A program made the position numbers and the translations under genes. Below the pieces are notes generated by a model that was not told where the DNA came from, did not search any database, and worked only from the letters and a program-made list of their open reading frames with translations. From a virus (Duplodnaviria > Caudoviricetes), in IMG/VR virus record IMGVR_UViG_3300001336_000008, positions 1 to 57,759 of that record: a stretch of 57,759 nucleotides of DNA, one strand, 5' to 3'. This document shows, in pieces, positions 9,952 through 19,072 of the stretch; positions within the stretch are counted from its first letter, which is position 1, and each line of letters opens with the position of its first letter.

Positions 9952-12501
9952 TTACAAATTAATTGTCCAACCAGCATTTCTCAAAGCATCTATTTTTTCT
10001 TTGACTGCTTGCTCTGTTGCAGGTCCTGAAGAGGATGGATTGTATCCTTGTGCATTTGATTGACTTCTTAAATTAATGCTAACATTGCCTCTTTGAGCTA
10101 ACAAATAATTTTCATAAAGATCCGTGATGATATTATTTAAATCAGAAGTAGACAAATCATTTCTAGATATGTCTAGTTTTTGAAGTCTTGTGAGTTCAAC
10201 AAAAGACCCTTTTGTATAAAAATCAAATCTATTGTTGTACAAATAAAGCCTTTTTAAATTTGGCGTTTCACCAGAAAAGTTTGGTATAGCCCCTTCTATT
10301 TGATTTTGATGAAGGTATGCAGTTTGAAGTCGCGGAAGATTCACAAATCCTGGAAAGGATGTTAAATTATTGTCATAAAGAAAGACAAATGCTAAGTTAA
10401 GTCGACTAGTAAATGAAGGAATTTGTCCGCCTAACTTATTATGTGCTAAGTGTATATAATAAATCCTATCATTTGATACCATTGAAGGAATAGAACCAGT
10501 AAAATCGTTGACTGGCATAATTAAATGTCTTAAAGATTGGCAACCAGAAATATTAGGTAACTGAACATTACCACCTCTTCCAGTTCTTCTGTAAGACATC
10601 CAATATAAGAAATCTAGCCTGCGCAATCCATTGAAAGTGTTTTCTTCAAATCCGACGCCCTCAAGCAAGCTTCGTGATCTTACCCTAAAAAATCTTAAGT
10701 CAGGCGTATCAGCAAATGTGTCATTATACATTATATACGTCTTACCATTTGCATAACCATGAAAACCATTGTCTGGTCTTCCGCCAGTAATACTGTCGCA
10801 ATTATACATTTCAATTCTTTGCAAAGAATTGTTTCCGCTAAATCTTGGAATAAAACCTTCAACATTTGATTCATACAAATCAAGGGTATTTAATGAAGTA
10901 CAACTTCTAAATTTATATCCGCCATCAGTAAATGATCCAGGCGTTCCTGCAAACAAAGGATTTTTGTTGCGATTATACCTATATGAAAATCTTGTAAGCT
11001 GAAGTCTGTTTCCAAGATCTGGTATTGGTAATATAGTTCTACCAATATTAATTGTTTCTATTACATCTGAATCAACACCAAATGTACCAGTATCAACTAA
11101 ATTATAATTACTATAAAGATTCAGATTGCGAAGATTTGTAAGATTTTTTACACCGCTTGATGGCACTCGTCTAAAATCATTGTAATTGCAATTATAATTT
11201 TGACACGTATTTGAAACCGAAGGTAAAAATGCTAAGCTATCGTATGAGTCGGGGGCAAAAAATGGAATGTCTTCAGTGTTAGGTCTTCCAAAATTTAGCG
11301 TAACAAGATTTGGAAATCTTGCTTCAATTACAGATTTACCACCAGGCGAACCTTCAACAAAATTATTTCCAGAATCTAAAATTGGTTCTCCAGAAGTATC
11401 TGTTTGCACGCATCTTATAGAACCACTAAAAGTTGAATACGCAGTTAAAGATCTTAATGATGAAGGCAATCTGCTCACAGCTTCAACGCCCAACTTTCTA
11501 AGAGTTTTATCGGGACTAAATGTTAAGTTGTTTCTACTAATATCTAAAGATTGCAAATTTGGTGCAAATATATTAATGTTTGGTATAGTATCAATTTCAT
11601 TAAAAGATACGTTTAAGTCATTAAGATTTGTCAAACTTGCAGGCGGCAATTCTTTAAGACCAATAAATCTAAAAAATAACCCTGTTATATTATCTGGAGG
11701 ATAATAAACTTCAATTGCTCTAGGAGCGCCTGTTACACTACCATATCTTAATGTACTTTCAGAAGTGTTTCCAAAATTTGCATATTTTTGTACATCAGAT
11801 GAATTTATTTGATTAGTAATTTTCCAAGAAACTTTTAAATCATTTACTTGATTAATTCTTACGGTTCCAGTAAAATTGCTAAAGTAGCCTTCCAATTTTA
11901 ATGGAATAGACTTCATTGCATAAAGCTTAACCACTTGATCATTAATTGTAGTCGTAATTTTATGAGTAGCTACTTCTGCATCAAATTCTCTAGGTTCTGC
12001 ACGTTGCCCCCACTGAATTTGATCTACACTTATTTTGCCACCTGATGATACTTGTATTTGGTTTCCATAAAAAATTGGATCACTGTCTGTAGGGTTACCA
12101 GTAGCAGTTGACCATGCCGATGTGCGTGATGTCGAAATATCAGCAATTTTTAATTCATTATTATCATTAAGATATTTGTATCTAATGCCAGATCCACCAA
12201 TGGCACCGTTAACGTTAATGTTTCCAAAAAGAACTTTATCAGCACCTGCAGAATTAGTTAAAATATTTCTATACTCTTCAGTGTCTCCAATGTATCTATC
12301 AAGCGTTCTGTATACTTCACGATCCAATCCAGAAACTGCAATTAGGTCATCTCTTAAAATACCAGAATCAGATGATCCTCGAATAATATCCAAATCTCCA
12401 ACATTTAAGCCGATTGTTTGTAACGCTTCATTAGAATTGATTACATCAGCTAAGTTGTTTTCTATCTTATATCCGTAATATACTTGAGTTTTAAAGGCCA
12501 T
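9952..12501 (-). CDS. Leucine-rich repeat protein
   Basis: Many LxxLxLxxNxL repeats (LQSLDISRNNL, LKRLYLYNNRF, LQKLDISRNDL), several followed by GxIP. Confidence 0.85.
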   Translation of the reverse strand: MAFKTQVYYGYKIENNLADVINSNEALQTIGLNVGDLDIIRGSSDSGILRDDLIAVSGLDREVYRTLDRYIGDTEEYRNILTNSAGADKVLFGNINVNGAIGGSGIRYKYLNDNNELKIADISTSRTSAWSTATGNPTDSDPIFYGNQIQVSSGGKISVDQIQWGQRAEPREFDAEVATHKITTTINDQVVKLYAMKSIPLKLEGYFSNFTGTVRINQVNDLKVSWKITNQINSSDVQKYANFGNTSESTLRYGSVTGAPRAIEVYYPPDNITGLFFRFIGLKELPPASLTNLNDLNVSFNEIDTIPNINIFAPNLQSLDISRNNLTFSPDKTLRKLGVEAVSRLPSSLRSLTAYSTFSGSIRCVQTDTSGEPILDSGNNFVEGSPGGKSVIEARFPNLVTLNFGRPNTEDIPFFAPDSYDSLAFLPSVSNTCQNYNCNYNDFRRVPSSGVKNLTNLRNLNLYSNYNLVDTGTFGVDSDVIETINIGRTILPIPDLGNRLQLTRFSYRYNRNKNPLFAGTPGSFTDGGYKFRSCTSLNTLDLYESNVEGFIPRFSGNNSLQRIEMYNCDSITGGRPDNGFHGYANGKTYIMYNDTFADTPDLRFFRVRSRSLLEGVGFEENTFNGLRRLDFLYWMSYRRTGRGGNVQLPNISGCQSLRHLIMPVNDFTGSIPSMVSNDRIYYIHLAHNKLGGQIPSFTSRLNLAFVFLYDNNLTSFPGFVNLPRLQTAYLHQNQIEGAIPNFSGETPNLKRLYLYNNRFDFYTKGSFVELTRLQKLDISRNDLSTSDLNNIITDLYENYLLAQRGNVSINLRSQSNAQGYNPSSSGPATEQAVKEKIDALRNAGWTINL

Positions 12502-12502
12502 G

Positions 12503-15500
12503 TTATTGTTCTGCCGTATTTAAACTTATTTGGACTGTTCCAGTTGATTCATCTACACTAGTTCCGATAAAAAATGTTGCTTCCAAGTTAAATAAATCGG
12601 GTGTAATTTCTTCACGATCTGCCCCGTAAATATTTGTGAGATCAACAACTTTTGTTTCATCCTTACCGACATAAAAAGAATCGAGGACTTCATATGGTCT
12701 TAGCTTTTGTTCAAGCTGCGTATCAATTGAAGCTGAATCTAATCGGTTTTCAGAAATAAAATTAACTGGCGGTAAATCATCAACTGCATTACTATTTATT
12801 GCAGGAGAAAGTGACATATTAGGATTCAAAATCCACTTAGGAGTCGATGCCACCGTGGTATTGCCAACTACTTCTTTAATCGAAACCGAATTTACTAATG
12901 AATTATCCCTCATCATGCAAACCAAATACAATGGAAATGGATTAAATTTCATGATCTTTGCAGTATCTACATGTTGCCCAAATAATCTAACAGGAGTCAA
13001 TGCAATTTGCACCGAATCGCCAGGATTAACTCCAGGCAGCTGTCCTGATATTTGTGCAAAATAAATCGTGGTATTATCTGATTCAAAATCATCTTGTTCT
13101 GATGTAAATAATATTCCAGATTCAACGAAAACATCGCCAGATGCAATTCCTATTTCTCCATTAATTATGCTTCCAGATGGAAACTGTTGACCGCTTAATG
13201 TCAAATAATATTGCCCATCAACGGCTCCAGTCTTAGGATTGTTTTGCACCATCGTAACAGTTAAGGGTTGTCTTTCTTGAAGTTCAACCGTAAGCTTAGA
13301 GCAGACTCCACTATCATCACCAGGAGGCACTGGAATTCTATAGTCAATTTCTCCAACATATTCTGGTGGATAATTTGATTCGCCAATTTCATACCCGAAT
13401 CTATTTCGTCGTGTTGTTGATTGAGTAATTTCAGCAAAAATCATATCATCAAAAGGAAGCTCTGGTCTTGGATCTACTTCTTCATAGTCCCAGCCAAGCT
13501 GTGGTTCACCATCAGAATCAAAATATTCAGTCGGTTTCCTGTCAGTGACACCTAGTAAAAATTCTGCAAAGTGACGTTCGTCTTCTCGTATTGAAGGATT
13601 TAAAAACTGAATGTCAATTTTTGTTCCAGTCAGCGGAGTAGTTGATCCTGCAACAGCATCATACTTTGTCAGTCTTACGGGATACGGATATTCTGTGCCA
13701 ACTGGAATTGTAATCAAATCGTCTGCAGTAATAGAATATACTTGATCTGGATAACCGTCATTAGACGTTTTGCTGTATGCTGGTCTAATCATCCTGACAA
13801 CACTAGCCTGCTCAAATAATCCACTGTCAGGCCCAGTTTCTACATCAACTGAATCAATATAACCAGACCACAATCCATCAGCAATTATTTTTGAACCAAT
13901 ATCAGCTTCAGTAAAATATTCATCTGTAGTTGTTATTTCAATTAGTGTCTTTGCACCGTTTAAAAACTTTATATTAACAACTCTGCCAGATTCATTTGAC
14001 GCTAAGCCATGATTGTAGTTATGTCCAAACCCTGGGCATGCAGTACAAGTTACCACTTCAACCTTAGTGAGTTCTGATGCAGTGAGTGAAGCGCTTTTTG
14101 GAAATATTGATTTTTTATTAGGCTTTACGAATCCAGAGTCATTAATAATTTCAGTCTTAGGATATATACCCATTAACGATTTTGGATCATTTTGATTAAC
14201 GTTTCTTACACCAGATTTATAAGATCTCTGTACAACCGTACCATCATCACCACCATCAATATAACATGATGCACCATATTTGTAAATGAATTGTGGGAAT
14301 CTTACTCGTGCGGCTTCTTGAATGTTAACCGTATATTTAAATCTAAAGTACGGATCAGCCAAACATGGTTCACCTAATTTGTTTTCAATAACAAGCGTAT
14401 GAATCAATACCCACCTAGCTTCGCCATTATCAATTGGTATATATGCATAAAATTTAGCACCAATAGCACCATACCATCCAAACTCAATTTTATACATTGT
14501 GACGTTTTGCGTAGTCAACAAGTAACCAGACGGGCCATTACCATTTAATGGGTCGCCATTAAATCGTTCGCGTGGTATTACCATTTCAAAATATTGTCTA
14601 AGTTCACCTGTATCAGGATCAATATCAAAAGGATCGCCTTTTTCTGTCAAAACCTGATCTGTCGACGGATCTAATCCTTGAGCCCTAACAACATCTGGAT
14701 CTAAAGGTACTGTCGATCTTCTAACAATATTGAAGCTTGCGCCACGAATCTGAAATACGTATTCATCAGTAGGATTTGAAATTCCCCACTCAATAGTGTT
14801 TGCATTAGAGCCCGAATCTGAGCTTGCTCTTGCACCAAAAGTAAATCCAGAAATGCGTCCAGGTTGATAACGGTATGCCTTTCTTGATTGCATATAGCCA
14901 TATCGTTGCCAACCTGATTCATATCCAGGACGAGTTTCGTCAAAAGGCGGATTTCTGTTAGTTATAGAATTAATAAATGCGGCTGTAATTAGACCATCAG
15001 GTGTTCTTGGGTCTCTTAATCTATTATCAAGAATATCAACCCAAGTACGCGTCCAAGTATCAATTAAAACAAAACCTTCGGCATCAGAAACATTATTAAA
15101 ATCTACATCATCACCGTTAAGAGTTACAAAGTCTTTGTTTAAAAATTGCTCGCGGAATTCTCTACCTTTATCATCAAGACCAAATTCAGTGATACGATTA
15201 GCTTCTGAAAAATAATCATAAAGATCATTTCCAAGCTGAATAAAGTTTTTGTACTGATTGTATAACTGCTCATTATACAATCCTTGGTCATTCCATCTTG
15301 GCCCAAAAGGATAAACATATGGTGTTGGAAACGTACCTATTTGAATAGCTTGCTCATCAGTAACCTCAATCATTTGTGCATCGTAATGATTACCAAAATC
15401 TCGAGTTCCTCTTCGATCCCATGCACTAAATCTTCTGTCAGGTCTTCTAAAAGTAAAGACTTCCCAATAATCTTCATCAAATCCTAAGACAGACACATCT

Positions 15501-16126
15501 GAAAAAAGACTTAATTGCGTTTCTTGTCTGTCAACACCAAGAAGAGTATTTGAAACTTCAGATGAAGCAACAAAAGTATCAGCAATTAAAATAGGATCAA
15601 TAGTTTCTGAATCAATAACGGCTGGAGTAGAATTCCTAGCAGTCGCAATTTGTGCAACTGCCTCACTTGCTTCAGTTACAAGTGGTCTGTTTGCTTCATC
15701 TAGTAGTTTTTCACCAGTAACAATATCATAGAGAGGAACATCTCTAGTTACATTCGGCACTGGAATTTTATCATAGCCAAACTTGACATCGCGGCCAAGA
15801 TTATATTTTGGATATGCTACGATTGGTATACCAATTTCAAGAGTGCTTTTAAGCGGCTTGTCAATTTCAACTCTTGTATAATCTACATTGCTTATTGTAA
15901 CGACTGATAAAGAAGTGATTCGCGTGTATTCTTCTAAATCAGATCCAGCTGAAGGAGATAATAGGTATCCTACTCTTAACGCATGAAATGTGTCAATAGT
16001 TCCAGATGGATATTCGCCTTCGGAGTCTTTTTGTTCATATGGATTAATAGGGCTGATTCTAAGTAAAAATACTAAATTAGAACCAGCACTCGACGCCTGA
16101 CCTGTTACAACATTGATGTAATTCAT
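12503..16126 (-). CDS. Large putative virion protein, paralogue A
   Basis: 1207 aa. Shares RYQPGR, KIEFxWYGA, NGEARWV and KYGASxYIDGGD blocks with 16130..19072. Confidence 0.65.
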   Translation of the reverse strand: MNYINVVTGQASSAGSNLVFLLRISPINPYEQKDSEGEYPSGTIDTFHALRVGYLLSPSAGSDLEEYTRITSLSVVTISNVDYTRVEIDKPLKSTLEIGIPIVAYPKYNLGRDVKFGYDKIPVPNVTRDVPLYDIVTGEKLLDEANRPLVTEASEAVAQIATARNSTPAVIDSETIDPILIADTFVASSEVSNTLLGVDRQETQLSLFSDVSVLGFDEDYWEVFTFRRPDRRFSAWDRRGTRDFGNHYDAQMIEVTDEQAIQIGTFPTPYVYPFGPRWNDQGLYNEQLYNQYKNFIQLGNDLYDYFSEANRITEFGLDDKGREFREQFLNKDFVTLNGDDVDFNNVSDAEGFVLIDTWTRTWVDILDNRLRDPRTPDGLITAAFINSITNRNPPFDETRPGYESGWQRYGYMQSRKAYRYQPGRISGFTFGARASSDSGSNANTIEWGISNPTDEYVFQIRGASFNIVRRSTVPLDPDVVRAQGLDPSTDQVLTEKGDPFDIDPDTGELRQYFEMVIPRERFNGDPLNGNGPSGYLLTTQNVTMYKIEFGWYGAIGAKFYAYIPIDNGEARWVLIHTLVIENKLGEPCLADPYFRFKYTVNIQEAARVRFPQFIYKYGASCYIDGGDDGTVVQRSYKSGVRNVNQNDPKSLMGIYPKTEIINDSGFVKPNKKSIFPKSASLTASELTKVEVVTCTACPGFGHNYNHGLASNESGRVVNIKFLNGAKTLIEITTTDEYFTEADIGSKIIADGLWSGYIDSVDVETGPDSGLFEQASVVRMIRPAYSKTSNDGYPDQVYSITADDLITIPVGTEYPYPVRLTKYDAVAGSTTPLTGTKIDIQFLNPSIREDERHFAEFLLGVTDRKPTEYFDSDGEPQLGWDYEEVDPRPELPFDDMIFAEITQSTTRRNRFGYEIGESNYPPEYVGEIDYRIPVPPGDDSGVCSKLTVELQERQPLTVTMVQNNPKTGAVDGQYYLTLSGQQFPSGSIINGEIGIASGDVFVESGILFTSEQDDFESDNTTIYFAQISGQLPGVNPGDSVQIALTPVRLFGQHVDTAKIMKFNPFPLYLVCMMRDNSLVNSVSIKEVVGNTTVASTPKWILNPNMSLSPAINSNAVDDLPPVNFISENRLDSASIDTQLEQKLRPYEVLDSFYVGKDETKVVDLTNIYGADREEITPDLFNLEATFFIGTSVDESTGTVQISLNTAEQ

Positions 16127-16129
16127 TTA

Positions 16130-19072
16130 TTACTGTTCTTCCCATGTTAAGCTTGACAATACTGAACTACGAACAATTGGGCTACCAGTTGGATTACCAT
16201 TACCATCAAGAGCAGTGTTATTATCCACAGAAGTAGAAGCAATAAACAATGCATCTGTTTCATTCGTCAAAGGATATGACAAGTAATCTTTGTTGTAGTC
16301 AAAATAAGCTGCAAGATCAAAAATATCACCACCATCATTAACATAAAACGTAGTAACTTGAGTACCAGTTCCAGGTATTGGTGTACGTATTTCATTATTT
16401 ATCAGTATTGAGCTCAATCGTGCAAGCTCAGATGTTGTTGGCGCAGTTGTTGCTACTGATCCATCGTCATCATAATTTTCTGCAACAAGAAAAGTACCAG
16501 TAATTTTAACTTCTCCTCTATAGGCATCATTAGCAGTAAAATTATAAAATCCTGAAGATGTTCTAGACAATAAACCAAGTACTGAAAATTTCTTTTGGCT
16601 AATGTCAGAAGATAGGTAACCTCTAAACCATCCATACACTGAATCACCAATTGCTATAGCATCAGGTTCTGAACCAGCCGTTGTTGGAATTAAAGTAGGT
16701 TGACCTGCAGGTTGAATAACCGTATCTTCATTAAGGACAACGTCACCAGTATAAGAATCAAATGTTTGAAAGATTGGATTTTTAATCAGCTGTACTGAAA
16801 CCGTAGAATCCCCAGCAGCTCCAGTGGTCAATCGTGTTGGATATACCTGCACGCGGTTTCTAACGCGCTTACCTTGTGAACTAACAATTTCTGTTTTTGT
16901 TTGAACACCATAAACAATTTGCGGACGATCAACAAGAATGTCCATTCTTTCACCAGAATTGGTAGTACTTAAAGCTTTATTTAAGTACAGTCTTTTTGGG
17001 CTGCTATTTACATCAACCCAAGTAACTTTAACACCTTGGTCAACAACACTATTTGTGATAACAGTACCACCCATATAAAAATCTGAAACTGTTGGATTAT
17101 TATCATATGGAGGAGATTCATTTAATGTAATGTAAGGATCTGCTGATTGCGCTTGTGATGCATTGGCCAAAACTCTGTATTTAGAACCTTTAACATCAGT
17201 TGCAGATGGAGACGAATAGCTGTACAGTCTTACAGTTCCACGGTCTCCGCCGTCAATATAATATGAAGCACCATACTTAGTAATATATTCAGAATAAGAA
17301 CCAGACCCTGGCACACTATTTTGAAGCCTACTACTGTTTACATAACCATATCTATTTTCTGAACCACCGCCATACACTAAATAAGTAATCGGAAGGGTTG
17401 CATTACCAAGTGAAGATACCTTAAGTTGGTTAGAAGCGCGAAGGTGGTGAACGCGCACCCAGCGAGCTTCACCGTTTGAAACTGGAACGTATGCAAGGAA
17501 CAGCGCACCAACGGCACCATACCAAGAAAATTCAATCTTTTGCATAATGACTTTGTTGAAGTCAATATTCCAAATCGAGTCTGTAACAATATTACCACCA
17601 GTTGCATCATCAATTACATTTTGCCCAGGTCTCTTAATTGTGTCATCACCAGAACCGGTACGAACAACATCTGAATAATATACTTCGTTTGTTGGATCAT
17701 TAGGAGCAGATTGTACACCGCTTAAAAAGTCACCAGAAAATCTTGAACGCGGTACACGATACTCGTATACTTTATAAAACTCTGGCTTAACATTATGCAG
17801 TACCCAGTCGGACCACCTATTGTTAACAGTATCAATCTGAGTTTCTATATTTGCAGGACTAGCAGCGGTGTCAATAAATCCAACTGCAGGATCAATAGCT
17901 TGATACTCTCCTGTGGCAGGGTTAACGCCAAATGATCTTTGATATGGGAACATTACATCTTGTGCACCACTCGTTGAATTTTCTGGGAAAATAAACGGGG
18001 TTGGACTTCTAAGAATATGTGTTCCGCTTAACGAACCTAATGAAATTGGAGTATTCCCTTCACCCTGAAGACCTAACTCAGATAGTTGAATTGTATATTC
18101 TCCACCTGCTGGGCCTTGTTTATTAATAACTTTATAAATTTTACCTCGCGTAAGACCAGTAATAACTGAAGATTCTTCAGTATGATAAGAAATATACTGA
18201 CCGTTAAAATATTCATCATCAGACGTACTTAAAGTAATTCTATCGGATGAAATACTTGAGATTGCAGAATCAACTTCTTCTTTTAGCAACGATGGATCAT
18301 ACATAGCAGCATGAACCATTATTAACCCGTCTCTATAAATGACTAAATCGCCAGAGGTGCCATTAGCATTTTGTGATGATGGCGGTTCACCAGCAATACC
18401 ATAATCTTCTACCTGTTGCGTAATAAACGATCTTGGGTTTTCATTTACTAAAGACTGTGTACGACGTACGACTACAAGTTGGTCGCCAGATCCGTGATCT
18501 CGAGTTTCCCAGTAATAACCATCAAAATTATCAAAAATGCCATACTTACGAATTACTGGATTGCGTCTTTCAGAGTTTGGTTCCGTGCCAATAGTTGATG
18601 TTTTAACACCAAAGGTAGCGGCTGACACGCGACCAGGCTGGTAACGAAAGAATCGTTTTGAAGTTAAAACAGCAAACTTATCTGCTGGAGCTTCAACCAG
18701 CGCACCAGATTCTTCTGGAATATGCTTAACGCCATATCCTTGGTCTCCATCAAAACCAGTGTAAAGAAGATCTGATGAAGGAGGCAAATCTTCTCTAATT
18801 GCTGGTGTGCTTGACCATTCTGTTGGGTTAACATCATATGTGTTAACATCAGCAAAAATGCCAAGTGCAACTTCTGAGCGCGGGATCCCCAGCAAAGAAA
18901 GAGCAACTTCTGAAGCAATTTTATTTTGCTCTACGACAGGAATTGCTGGCTGGTCTGATGCCAATACAACTGGAATAGACTTGCTAGCAGGTTGTTGACC
19001 AGGAGGTACTGGTGCGGTTCTACCAACAACAACCACTGAGGCATTATTGTTTACATTAGTTAGGCTAGACAT
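16130..19072 (-). CDS. Large putative virion protein, paralogue B
   Basis: 980 aa. Same conserved blocks as the neighbouring gene; both end in EQ. Confidence 0.65.
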   Translation of the reverse strand: MSSLTNVNNNASVVVVGRTAPVPPGQQPASKSIPVVLASDQPAIPVVEQNKIASEVALSLLGIPRSEVALGIFADVNTYDVNPTEWSSTPAIREDLPPSSDLLYTGFDGDQGYGVKHIPEESGALVEAPADKFAVLTSKRFFRYQPGRVSAATFGVKTSTIGTEPNSERRNPVIRKYGIFDNFDGYYWETRDHGSGDQLVVVRRTQSLVNENPRSFITQQVEDYGIAGEPPSSQNANGTSGDLVIYRDGLIMVHAAMYDPSLLKEEVDSAISSISSDRITLSTSDDEYFNGQYISYHTEESSVITGLTRGKIYKVINKQGPAGGEYTIQLSELGLQGEGNTPISLGSLSGTHILRSPTPFIFPENSTSGAQDVMFPYQRSFGVNPATGEYQAIDPAVGFIDTAASPANIETQIDTVNNRWSDWVLHNVKPEFYKVYEYRVPRSRFSGDFLSGVQSAPNDPTNEVYYSDVVRTGSGDDTIKRPGQNVIDDATGGNIVTDSIWNIDFNKVIMQKIEFSWYGAVGALFLAYVPVSNGEARWVRVHHLRASNQLKVSSLGNATLPITYLVYGGGSENRYGYVNSSRLQNSVPGSGSYSEYITKYGASYYIDGGDRGTVRLYSYSSPSATDVKGSKYRVLANASQAQSADPYITLNESPPYDNNPTVSDFYMGGTVITNSVVDQGVKVTWVDVNSSPKRLYLNKALSTTNSGERMDILVDRPQIVYGVQTKTEIVSSQGKRVRNRVQVYPTRLTTGAAGDSTVSVQLIKNPIFQTFDSYTGDVVLNEDTVIQPAGQPTLIPTTAGSEPDAIAIGDSVYGWFRGYLSSDISQKKFSVLGLLSRTSSGFYNFTANDAYRGEVKITGTFLVAENYDDDGSVATTAPTTSELARLSSILINNEIRTPIPGTGTQVTTFYVNDGGDIFDLAAYFDYNKDYLSYPLTNETDALFIASTSVDNNTALDGNGNPTGSPIVRSSVLSSLTWEEQ

